Numbered from the whole stretch's first letter, positions 49,681-61,259 are shown. The stretch: 63,877 nt of DNA, filler included, from Octopus bimaculoides (GCF_001194135.2; 7 parts of 7 records of this genome joined end to end with filler, not necessarily neighbours in it), one strand, 5' to 3'. Made by a program: numbers and translations. Notes: generated by a model not told the origin, from the letters alone.

Positions 49681-50569
49681 GAGACTGACCTGACTTGTTT
49701 CAGCATTTATTAATGTTTTATCAGATATCTGTTACACATTCCTTTTTACAAAGTGAATATTATGTTATAACTATTTATAGTATATGCAAGGTCAGATATA
49801 ATTGACTCACTCTCCCTACTTTGTGTAACAGTGCAGGTATTGGTAACATGAATGAGTGAAATGGTTAGCAGAAGCAGCACTTAGTGACGGATTGAAAAAG
49901 CCTGTAATTTGCCCATATAAAAGTAAAATCTGTGACTATTGTCATCCCATATTGACACCTCTGTAATGCAAGTCATCACTCCTACTCCTCTGTATTATTC
50001 CCAGTCAGCATCCACCCCTCATTCTCATCATTTACCCCCAGCCATTCATCATTCACTACATTCATTCCCTATATACATCTGACCGCTTCCACACCATGTT
50101 TATATCTACCTCACAATCTTCCCACACTCTCACAACCTTACTCACCATCCTTCCTGGCTCTATTGCAACCACACTCTCTTCTATTCATTCTCATTGTAGG
50201 TTTGAGCCCCACTCCTTCAGCCTCCCTCATTAACCCATGTAAAATACAGGGTAGCTATGACTCTTCTCCACATACTGTAAATCTGTTTCTACTTCCCTAT
50301 TATACTTTAGCCTCTAACACCTTGCTTATAGTGATCACCCTGTCTCCTACCCTCTTTGCTCTTGAAAGTTACTGGGTGACCTTATTAATGTTGATACTAA
50401 AAAACAAAAAAAGCACCTATCACACTGTCTAAAAGCGTTATCTTTAGGAAGGGCAACCAATCATAGAAATCATCCTTCTGAAGCAAGATGGGGACCTTTT
50501 ACCTATTGGGTCTTTTCAAAATGACCAAACTATCTTCACATGAAAAGTGGATGAAAGTGAGTGATATAC

Positions 50570-50600
50570 ATATCATCATCATTATCATCATCATCATCAA

Positions 50601-50648
<48 letters not shown>

Positions 50649-50686
50649 TTAACGTCCGTTTTCCATGCTGGCATGGGTTGGACGGT
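50570..50686 (-). mobile_element. RTE-type 3' tail with long (ATC)n
   Basis: (atc)n tttaacgtccgttttccatgctggcatgggttggacgg. Confidence 0.75.
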
Positions 50687-50966
50687 ACATATATATATAT
50701 AAACATTATCGACTGCACATGCTCAATATATGTGTTTTGCCTTTTGCTGGTTCCCACACTGGGGACAACTCCCTTATAATACTGAGTGTTGAAACACCTG
50801 AAAGTCATAGACAGGCAAGACAGCTCATCTCCTACTCCCTACAAAAGTTATCACTGATATTTCACCATTTTTGTGGCTTATCAACACCACATACTTGAAT
50901 CGAACAGGGGATGAACTGAACCGCCAATCTATGACTATATACAAATAGTGTAAGGACCATTTGCAA

Positions 50967-51012
<46 letters not shown>

Positions 51013-51060
51013 NNNNNNNNNNAGAGAGAGAGAGAGAGAGAGATAGATAGATAGATAGAT

Positions 51061-51093
<33 letters not shown>

Positions 51094-51114
51094 TAGATAG
51101 ATAGATAGAGAGAG

Positions 51115-51149
<35 letters not shown>

Positions 51150-51584
51150 TAATTTTATTGTAGTAGTGAGGCTATTGTTTCATGTTTACTGTTATTCACA
51201 TAACTAATTTACAATAGACAGGATAAACAATTTTATAGCATAATGTATTTATAGCTGATCAATTATTGGTTTAAGATATAAATCTTATAGAATATTAAAC
51301 AAATGAAAAACAATTGCAAAATGGTAATCTATAAGCTGAGGGTGTCTGATGAGAGTGCATTAGCATGTATATGGGAAAAGATGTGTACTATTGACATCAC
51401 AGCTATTTACATGTCAAATGTATGCATATCCGCATTTACATATCTGTTGGCTACATAAGTGAGACAATGTAACTCAGTCAAGTGTATGCTATGTATGAGC
51501 TTGTGCAGGTGTGTATATTTTACATCAGTGTCAGCTTTGGAAAATATATACACATACTCACTCAAGCGAAACACATGCACGCAT

Positions 51585-51630
<46 letters not shown>

Positions 51631-52018
51631 CCATCCACATGTACACATGTACATGTACACATGTACATGTACACACACATGTATGTTCATATATTTGCAC
51701 TTATGAAACATTGATATATATCTATATTATTATATCTATATTATTTTTGGGAAAATGAGGAGTCAAGTGTTGTTTCCTATATATCAAATGTTATTCCTTC
51801 TGTTTGTCTATCTATTCATCTCTTTCTCTGTCAATCTCTTTATCTATTTATCCTCGCATCCATCTATATGTGTCTGCCTATCATCATGTATGTATATATA
51901 TATATATGTGTACATAGTTATGTATACATACTATATGTATACATATAGTAAAAAATAATAGTAGCCTTTTACAAAGATATTCCTTAATTCTTTATTATGG
52001 ATATTTCTTAATTCCTCC

Positions 52019-52110
52019 TCTCTGAAGATGGAATAGTTGATTTTATGTGAAAATATTTGCTCAGTGACCTATGCACCATATGCACAACTATTCTAGAAAC
52101 AGTTGTAAGA
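52019..52110 (+). ncRNA. Type-I hammerhead ribozyme motif with intact core and long stem II loop
   Basis: tct-CTGAAGA-tggaatagttg(45 nt)caactattcta-GAAA-cagttgt-A-aga. Stem II is 11 bp, stem III is the near-palindrome acagttgt, the triplet is GUA, and stem I is 3 bp. Confidence 0.7.
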
Positions 52111-52406
52111 AACTTTATGCATTTCTTAATTCCTTATAAATTCTAACAAGTCTGCAATTATGTTTGAGTTATAAACTAACATGCTCTAAAGTGATACCAC
52201 ATGTTTTGCTTATTCATTCCTTTTTCATATATATCTACCTGTTCAATGATGAACCACATGTAGCCATTGTTTGCTACGAAGCCCAACACTACTTTTGTTT
52301 TAGTTGCAAATCAAGTCTGAGTTTTAATGGTAAACCAAATGAGTACTTATACATACCTATTACATTATGTCATTAGATGGAATTTTGTATATATGTACAC
52401 TGCCCA

Positions 52407-52482
<76 letters not shown>

Positions 52483-52577
52483 ATATATATATAACTTTGA
52501 TAACTTTCGGCCAGTATATGCCCAGGCCATGTCTAACTCAATAGTAAAACTTGAAGGATGTATCATAAACAATTCAA

Positions 52578-53288
52578 AATTATTTATGAATATATCAATG
52601 GCCAGAACATGCAATCAAAAAAATTTTTCATAAAAGAAGTGTGTATAATTGTGAATAAATCACAGTTATAATGGAGAGGGTTTCAAAGACCCTTACATGT
52701 CTAGAAATAGCAGTCAGAACTGCTATAGAGCCACTATAACCACTAATATTAAATCTCTTCACAATAAAGATGTTGGCAAGCGATATGACATAAAATTCAA
52801 AACTTAAATAAAAGGTTAGTCCTCTATTGCAATTTCGAAGTTAGGAACCAAAATGGTTCCACTCTTCTCTTCAAGGAGAACATTTCTGTAGATACAAATT
52901 AACACAAAAAACATACCTTGGTGCTTAACATGTGTCCCGGCCAGCAAGAATGATGTGTCAAATTCTGAATTTCAATGCCATGCACAGCGTTTAAAAGAAA
53001 AGACCAGTAAATCAAGTTATGGGGATAAACTGGATATCAGTGAAATATTAAATAATTAAAGAGGAATGTAAAAATACATTACAATGGATATACCGTTTAC
53101 GGATAAATTATTTATGAATATATCAATGGCCAGAACATGCAATCAAAAGTTTTTTTTTCTTCAAAGAAGTGTGTATAATTGTGAATAAATCACAATTACA
53201 ACAGAGAGGGTTGCAAAAACCCCTACATGTCTAGAATTAGCAGTCAAAACGGCTATAAAGCCACTATAGCCACTCATATTAAATATCT
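52578..53288. repeat. Two diverged about 180-bp direct repeats, about 528 bp apart
   Basis: aattatttatgaatatatcaatggccagaacatgcaatcaaaa starts at 52578 and at 53106. Confidence 0.85.
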
Positions 53289-53634
53289 TACTGTTACTCT
53301 TTGAGAGATTTAGAAATAATAATATTCCTATTAAATATATACACTTGCTCAACATACCATACTGTAGGATTATTCCAATTACCTCATGTTTATGTGGCTA
53401 GGTTACATCCACACACACATGCACATGTCCATACACAGACACATATGCTCCCCGCCCCTGCACATTAATTCGCTTTTATGTTCACATTTTTCAATATTGA
53501 TATGGACTGGATGAATCTTCTTAAAGTGGTATTCAACAGCCAGATGCCCCTTATTATGCTAACCCTTATTTGTTTATCTAGGATATAAACATCACCATTG
53601 CTGGCAACAAAAGTCTTTTTAATCAGTGTAATGG

Positions 53635-54045
53635 GCAGCTTGTATTAGAGCTTTGTTACTGCATGCTGATGAGACATGAGCCTTGAATGTAGAGGATTTG
53701 AGAAGATTGGAAAGAAATGATGCTAGTGTACTCTGCAGGATGTGCAGTGTAAGTGTGCATGAACGACAAAGTAGAAATGCAAAGTAGAAAGAAAACTGGA
53801 CATAAGAGGAGTCAGATGTTGGGTGCAAGAAAGAAGACTACACTGGTATGGACATGCGATGTACATAGATGAAGACAACTGTATGAAGTGCCACTCACTT
53901 CATGTAGATAGAGCTTGTGGAAAACAGCAACCCAGGAAGACATAAGAAGTGTTTATGGCTCATTTCAGGACTGAACCTCATAGAGGAAACGACAAAGAAC
54001 CAGTGTAACTGGCAATATGCAGTTCCTGAGTAAATCTGCCCACCT
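53635..54045 (+). mobile_element. RTE-group LINE, 3' coding remnant
   Basis: AACIRALLLHADET*ALNVEDLRRLERNDASVLCRMCSVSVHERQS; same group as the 34.6-35.0 kb piece. Confidence 0.85.
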
Positions 54046-54074
54046 CAGTCAAAGATTCGGTAAGCACACTGTGC

Positions 54075-54114
<40 letters not shown>

Positions 54115-54214
54115 NNNNNNNNNNNNNNNNNNNNNNNNNNNNNNNNNNNNNNNNNNNNTTAATTAATTAANNNNNNNNNNNNNNNNNNNNNNNNNNNNNN
54201 NNNNNNNNNNNNNN

Positions 54215-54263
<49 letters not shown>

Positions 54264-54296
54264 TTGAAGAAAAGCAGCAGAAATTCATTAGGTTAT

Positions 54297-54386
54297 AGCG
54301 CAACGTACGTTTCGTACAAACTTCATTTATTTATGTAGTGAGAACACCACATAAGATGTGCAATGAAAAGGTACTCCTCAGCTGCA
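54297..54386 (-). ncRNA. Type-I hammerhead ribozyme motif, intact core, damaged stem I junction
   Basis: Minus strand: tgcag-CTGAGGA-gtac...gtac-GAAA-cgtacgt-tgcg. Stem III acgtacgt is a perfect 8-nt palindrome; stem II has nested helices. Confidence 0.6.
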
Positions 54387-54584
54387 TAATGGAAGTTCAT
54401 TTTAGAAAGTCATGTTGTAGATGTGTGCAAATACAAGAGAAGGAGAGGAAGAAAATACCATCTTGACTGGACTGTTAATCAACAGTCTAGTGAATCAAAC
54501 ATGAATTTAATTTCTATATGTTATCTTACCCCTCCAATTAGAATATATGATGATGATGATGATGACGATGATGACGACGATGAT

Positions 54585-54775
54585 GGCTTCAAATTTTCGC
54601 ATTATGCCACCAATTTCGGGATACTCGATTTCATCGACCTCAGTACTCAACTGGTACTAATTTTTTTGGACCCTGAAAGGATGAAAAGTCAAAGTCAACC
54701 TCGTAGCAATTTGAAACCAGAACGTAAAGACGGACGAAAATGCCGCTAAGCATTTCCCCAGCGCTGTAACGAATC
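54585..54775 (-). mobile_element. SINE family C between (GAT)n and (TAA)n
   Basis: catcgacctcagtactcaactggtact...gaacgtaaagacggacgaaaatgccgctaagcatt. Confidence 0.88.
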
Positions 54776-54858
<83 letters not shown>

Positions 54859-55051
54859 GAGGTAACTCGAATGTGGAATCTAAAAACAGAAACAATTCCT
54901 ATCATAGTAGGTGCCTTAGGTATAATAAAAAAAATATTCAGACAAATACATAACAAAAACACCAGGACTTACAAATATATATAACATACAGAAAATTGCA
55001 CTACTGGGCACTGCAGTAGTGAAGTGAAAGCACATTATTAAAATAAAACTA

Positions 55052-55055
<4 letters not shown>
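54859..55055 (+). mobile_element. R4/Dong-like non-LTR retrotransposon 3' fragment inserted in (TAA)n
   Basis: EVTRMWNLKTETIPIIVGALGIIKK / YSDKYITKTPGLTNIYNIQKIALLGTA (one extra A in the A-run). This matches the restriction-like endonuclease C-terminus. (TAA)n lies on both sides. Confidence 0.8.
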
Positions 55056-55088
<33 letters not shown>

Positions 55089-55125
55089 TTAGTAATAATA
55101 ATAATAATAACGATCGTCATCATCG

Positions 55126-55165
<40 letters not shown>

Positions 55166-55393
55166 TTCTTAATTTCTCACACCTCATCCTCCATATCCTC
55201 TTTTTCATTGATCCGTTCCTTCTTTTATTCCTTTATTCTTTCGTTCTTTCCTTCGTTCGTTTTTTTCTTTCTTCCTGTTTTCCCTTCCTGTTTATCTCCG
55301 CTCTTCAAGTTACAAATGCTGCCACCATAAAAAATCTGTAAAAGGAACGAGAACCGGTCCCTAAATTAGAGGGACCGGCTTTGGTCCTATCAC

Positions 55394-55394
<1 letters not shown>

Positions 55395-55439
<45 letters not shown>

Positions 55440-55624
55440 GATGTTGTTGTTGTTGTTTTCTTTTTCTCAGCTCTTCCCTTCATTGAATCCCCGAAACAAC
55501 AATAAACCGGTTCAAAAATGGCGCTCAAAAACTTTCCAGAGGTTTCCATTGTTGCAGTGTGAAATTTTGCTTGAAGGCTGTTGATTATTGCAGTTGTTAA
55601 TGACATTGTTCTTGCCATTGCTGC

Positions 55625-55706
<82 letters not shown>

Positions 55707-55827
55707 GGTAGTGGTAGTAGTAGTAATTATTGTTGTTGTAGTTGTTGTTGTTGCTATTACTGAGGTTGTTCCTGGAATTATTGTTGTTTTCATTAACGCT
55801 GGGTTTTTATGTTGCAGTTGTTGCGCG

Positions 55828-55858
<31 letters not shown>

Positions 55859-55950
55859 CTTGTTGTTGCTGTTGCAGGAGATGTTGTTGTTGTCGTTGAT
55901 ATGGTTGATGTTGTTGTTGTGGTTGTTGTTGTTGTCGTCGTTGTTGTTTT
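55395..55950. repeat. Compound trinucleotide field (ATT, TAG, GTT)
   Basis: Directly visible; source of the poly-V/S/T/C ORFs. Confidence 0.95.
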
Positions 55951-56405
55951 TAATATAGTTCTTGTTGCTGTTGGGGAGTGGTGTTGCGAACTAAACTGAT
56001 AATTTTCTAGCTCATTGCTCCTGTGATACGTGGTAAATGCACTCTCTGACCTTTTGGGGGATGTGTTTGGAAGCCCTACCCAACGTAGAAGCACCTTCGA
56101 GCTGATGAAGGGGCCTTCGATATGGTTACTGAACTTGCTATAAATAGTAACCAAATACATATACACTCACATAAGCACACACACATTCATACACACACAC
56201 TATGGTCTTGGAAAAAAAGGGGAAGTGCACCGTGAATAATGTATTCCTAGATACACTGTTTGAATAGGAAGAGGAATGATCACAGTCACGTAGGAAGGTC
56301 TTTAATCATGGGTGTGTTCGATCAGGGCTTCCTTGGGATTAACCAAGAACAAGGACATACACCGACTGTTACGTATATACAGATACGCGCGCACACACAA
56401 ACGCA

Positions 56406-56460
<55 letters not shown>

Positions 56461-56519
56461 ATACATGCACGCCAACAAACTCTCACATCTTATAAAGTAA
56501 CAAAGAGACAGACAGATGG

Positions 56520-56567
<48 letters not shown>

Positions 56568-56663
56568 AGTTAGCGGTCATTCTAATAGCTCTTTTGTCTT
56601 AATAACGGTCAATGACACACTAATTTCATTTTGTTTAACGGTCATTTTCATAGCATTTTTTGA

Positions 56664-56737
56664 TGGCCCGATAACTGAAGAGATGCCGGCGTGGGTTTCC
56701 GCCCCGACATCCGAAACTCAGATTTTTATCATGGCTA
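56664..56737 (+). ncRNA. Degenerate type-I hammerhead ribozyme motif
   Basis: gataa-CTGAAGA-gatgccgg...ccgacatcc-GAAA-ctcagattt-ttatc. Stem I gataa/ttatc is extendable. Stem III and the cleavage triplet appear mutated. Confidence 0.5.
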
Positions 56738-56832
56738 CCGAATAATTGTCACATATTATATTTACAGATAAATTCCTCTATTTACATAATATCGAGGTCT
56801 CTTTCGTTCTTTTGTTGTCTTACTATTTCTAT

Positions 56833-56881
<49 letters not shown>

Positions 56882-57111
56882 TTAGAAGTTAGACAACCAT
56901 CTAAGGGATAATAAATATCCAATATACTACTAGAAGGATACCTATTTATTTCCAAATTCTTACTGTTGCAAGGCAATAGTACAATTGTATAAAAGCTACA
57001 AGTGGAGGTAAACAAAAGTTTATCCAGAATTTATAAGGCAGGGAAGGAAATAGAGAAGAGATTCGATCGACAAACAACAGCAAGATCTATTTATTACAAT
57101 CATAGGAATAA

Positions 57112-57363
57112 ATAAATAAATGCAAATCAACTCTTACATCTGTTTCTACTTTGATGTTTTCAGTCTGCTAAATTTGACATATCAAAAATCCATAATGGTA
57201 AGAAGTAAAAAAGTAAAACGTTAAAGTTCAAGGTTATATCCAGAAGTTGTGAGATCACATCTTACTACAATTTGAAGCTTTGGGATTCAATTTTTGATAT
57301 GTCAACTTTAGCAAACTGAACCCCCAATGTAGAAACAGCTGTAAGAGTGGAGTTGTATTTATT
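57112..57363. repeat. Diverged fold-back (about 80-bp arms)
   Basis: 57112-57193 is a diverged reverse complement of 57281-57363; both arms contain gtagaaacag(c/a)tgtaagagt. Confidence 0.8.
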
Positions 57364-57922
57364 GATTATAAAAAGACAATATCTCATCTTACAGCTGTTT
57401 CTGTTCGCGCTATTTTGGGCGTAATCAGGCTTAATTATTACAATAATAATAATTATCACTGTAAATAATTATACCAACTTAAATAGTGGAACTTCATCAG
57501 AGCGGAAAAATAAAGAAAAAGAAAAGAGAAAGCATGAGAAAAGAGAAAATAAGGATATACCAATCGATGTTACATGTTAACCCTCTGAAAACTTTTCGAC
57601 CGACTGAAAACTTTAGTTATACAGTTAAAATCCTAATTATTCTAATTATTCTAACTGCACGACTAAATTTTTCAGTCGGTCGAATGGTTTTCACAGGGTT
57701 AACATGTAACATCGATTGGTATATCCTTATTTTCTCTTTTCTCATGCTTTCTCTTTTCTTTTTCTTTATTTTTCCGCTCTGATGAAGTTCCACTATTTAA
57801 GTTGGTATAATTATTTACAGTGATAATTATTATTATTGTAATAATTAAGCCTGATTACGCCCAAAATAGCGCGAACAGAAACAGCTGTAAGATGAGATAT
57901 TGTCTTTTTATAATCAATAAAT
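57357..57922. repeat. 566-bp palindrome with identical 224-bp arms
   Basis: 57357-57580 is the exact reverse complement of 57699-57922 (compared base by base; no mismatch seen). Confidence 0.95.
57581..57698. mobile_element. 118-bp piggyBac-type MITE
   Basis: TTAA at 57577-57580 and 57699-57702; CCCT...AGGG ends; 37-bp TIRs with 4 mismatches. Confidence 0.8.
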
Positions 57923-58637
57923 TATAATTTATGTTTATCAACTATCAATTTTATCTCCATTTTCTTATTTTTCCTTATATATATATAAATACATATCTAA
58001 AAGAATTCTCTCTCCCTATCTTGTTATATGAGGGTATGTGTATGTACATATGTACGTATGTATGTATGTTTGCATATATATATATATGTATATATATATA
58101 TATGAAAATCTATGGGAATGACTTAATACAGTTTTTTGAAGTGTAAAGGTGATTTAAAAAAAGAGAATTATTTTTTATAAAAGTGTTATGAAATATTTTA
58201 TGAGGATGTTACTAACCTTTTTTTGGGAAGAAGTTTTTTCTAGTGTCTGAGCGCTTTCGTTAAACCTTTTCAAACACACGTGCTCTTAAAGAGGAAGTTG
58301 TTATTTTCGTACACACTGTGCATATATACCTTTGTATGTGTTTATGAATGTATATGCTTGTCTATCCGCCCCACTTATATTATTTTATCAGCATTGTAAC
58401 TGAAAAGCGATTATTCAACGTAGGTTTCTTCATCATAAACAGAGTATTTCAATTATATTTATAACTTATTTAGTAAGTTCATCTGACTTTTAGTTTGGTT
58501 TAGTCTCGCTAAATGTTGACACATGTGTAAATCTCTTCAACATTTGACTTTTATTTTGTGTCTTAATCATTACTTTATTTTCTCGTTTTCCCCGTTACCT
58601 TAACTGCGTTTTAATGTACTATAATATTGTTTTGTAA

Positions 58638-58691
<54 letters not shown>

Positions 58692-59361
58692 GTGTACGCA
58701 CGTATGTTGTGTGTGTGATTATAATACGAACGCCAGACCAACCCGTTTTCAATTACCACGGTGACAAAACATAATAGGCACAAAGAAAGCAAAGAAACGA
58801 GTAAGAAAAGCGATATGAAATACTAGTCATAAGCAAAAACAAATAGAAGTCCGATGAGGAATTAAGAAAATAATAAAAATCCGTGAGTTTTTATACAAAA
58901 ATAAACGAACAGGATTTAATAAATACGAAAAATGGTAGAAATAAATATGATATATGCAAAATTGAGAATTTATGTTATTTTTTTACTGTAATACTTCAAA
59001 AGCAATGAGAATTAAATGTGACAAGGATAGGTCAAATTTCAGTATAGGGGATGGATTGAAGTTAATACATGAGCAACTGATATGTGGTTATGGGGGAGGA
59101 ACATTGAGAGCATATCGGCGTGATAGGCGCGCAATCAATATGATTAATAATGATGACTACCAATACATGAGAAAGAAACTGAGAAACGAGTAAGAAAAGC
59201 GAAATATCGTATTGGACAAAGGGAAAACTGCAGCAGTAACGGGTAGCCACAGTTTATACAGTTACAATAGCCAAAAGGACCGGCTATTATAAGCAAAAAT
59301 AGATATTGAAAACAAAAACGCATTTGGCCATATTTAGACATACGACAGTTTAACATAATAG

Positions 59362-59403
<42 letters not shown>

Positions 59404-59926
59404 AAACAAGGTGTACGTACGCCGCTATATATATATATATATATATATGTATAAATAGTACAGAAAGGGACAAGGATGCAAAACATCCAGACAGTTAGGT
59501 GACACAAGAAAGGGACAAAACATCAAGATAGACGATACAAGGAAACAAGGACAGGTCATTCGGAGTTTTCTTTCCTCAGTCGAGATCCATATTATCCTTG
59601 CAATTTCGGCTGGTTATTCTCGATATTGCTCCAATCTGGCCAGCCCCAAGGAAAAACTAAGCGAAGAGCATTAGATTCCTTGGAAGAAAGCAGCGAATGT
59701 ATACAAAAATATATTAAATACATGAAATACAAAATATGTACACACATATATATATATAAGTACACATGTTTTGCAATCCAAGTATTTGATATGCTTTATA
59801 TAATGATCTGTCTAATTTGCTTGTCCTCATATTTACTTCTATACACACTCAAGTTTAAATCTTTTAAATCTCGTGAGCACTACTAAGTGTATTCCATATG
59901 GAGAATATCTGGATCTCATCTGTGAG

Positions 59927-59965
<39 letters not shown>

Positions 59966-61259
59966 CTTTAAGCTTGTCTTTCTACATTTGCTATTGAATT
60001 CAGGAGTTACGATGTTTCGTAAACAAATACGTAAATGTAAACGTTGCGATTAAAAGTAGAAAATAGGTAATGGGTGTATATACACATATCAAGAGTTATT
60101 GCTCTTTCATCAGCACCACATCCAATCCATCAACTATCCACGAAAGCATTGCTTAAATACACACTAGGTTTAGAAGTGTAACGCAACTGGAGAGACCAAT
60201 CGGCATATTAAACATATTTCTAACAACTTGTACGTACGTATTAAATGCTGGCAAGGCCACAGTATTTCGTTGCACAACCATAATATACAACTGAGTATGC
60301 TAAAGGTTTACAAGTCAATACTGTGTTACATCTTGTGTTAACAGTGCGATATTTGTAATCTTTAAGTTTATTGCTATAGATTTTCTTTAAAATTCAGAAC
60401 CTGCACGGGAAGTTACAGTGTGTCGTAAACAATTACTTTTATGTAAACATTGAATCGAAGATTGAAAATACAGGTAATGGCTGTATATTGATAACACAAG
60501 GTAAGACAAACTGTTGACTTGTAAATGTGTATTAATATACTTAGAAGTATATAATTGTAGCAAAACGAAATACTGTGTCCTTGACGGCAATTAATAATAT
60601 ACGTAAGCATTTGTATACAGATAGTACTGGAAATAGGAGCCTTTAAGTGATGTATGTATGTATATATATATATATATATATATNNNNNNNNNNNNNNNNN
60701 NNNNNNNNNNNNNNNNNNNNNNNNNNNTTAATTAATTAANNNNNNNNNNNNNNNNNNNNNNNNNNNNNNNNNNNNNNNNNNNNTATATATATATGCATAC
60801 ACACATGTGTATGCTTCTTAATCTCTACCCTTCTGTGAGTGTATGTTTTACCATTTACTATCGAGTTTTCTGTAGCATTGTATATCACCAGTGAGTACAC
60901 TTCTTCCTTGGTCTCTTTCTGATACCCAGTTTTTCTCTCAACTTATTTGTACCCTGGTAATCTTTTTACACTAACATTACACATTTTCAGTGCAAACTAG
61001 TTATGGTTCTTTCTAGTCTTCACAAATCTGAATTCTTGGCTCAAGTCTTGCTTACCATGCAGCTTTGCAGTTCTAACACAAACATCATACAATCTACTTT
61101 ACACTCTGAAGGACAAGACCTTTGTCACCAGCAGCAATAACACTGTGTAACATGAGTTTTGTCCTTTATTCCCTGTTGCTTACCCTTAGAAAGTATGAAA
61201 AATGGATAATATTTCCTTCAAAACGTAACTTTTGTTACAATATTTATCCAAGCCCCAAA

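Noticed and set aside
52790-53050. GIY-YIG endonuclease remnant between the direct repeats
   Set aside because: Only a weak CxLC-like peptide; not enough to support a call.
56095-56130. CTGATGAaggggccttcGATA as a hammerhead
   Set aside because: The stem II loop is too short, GAAA is altered, and there is no stem I or III.
57846-57895. CTGATTA...GAAAcagctgtA (and its mirror image) as a functional hammerhead
   Set aside because: G8 is changed, extra bases lie before GAAA, and stem I is unpaired; at most a decayed remnant.
58240-58295. Minus-strand GAAAgcgctC hammerhead-like end
   Set aside because: Stem III is palindromic, but the CUGANGA core reads TTTAAGA and stem II is weak; too degraded to call.
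60005-60115. Minus-strand CTGATGA...GAAAcatcgtA as a hammerhead
   Set aside because: Stem II and stem I do not pair at the core junctions.
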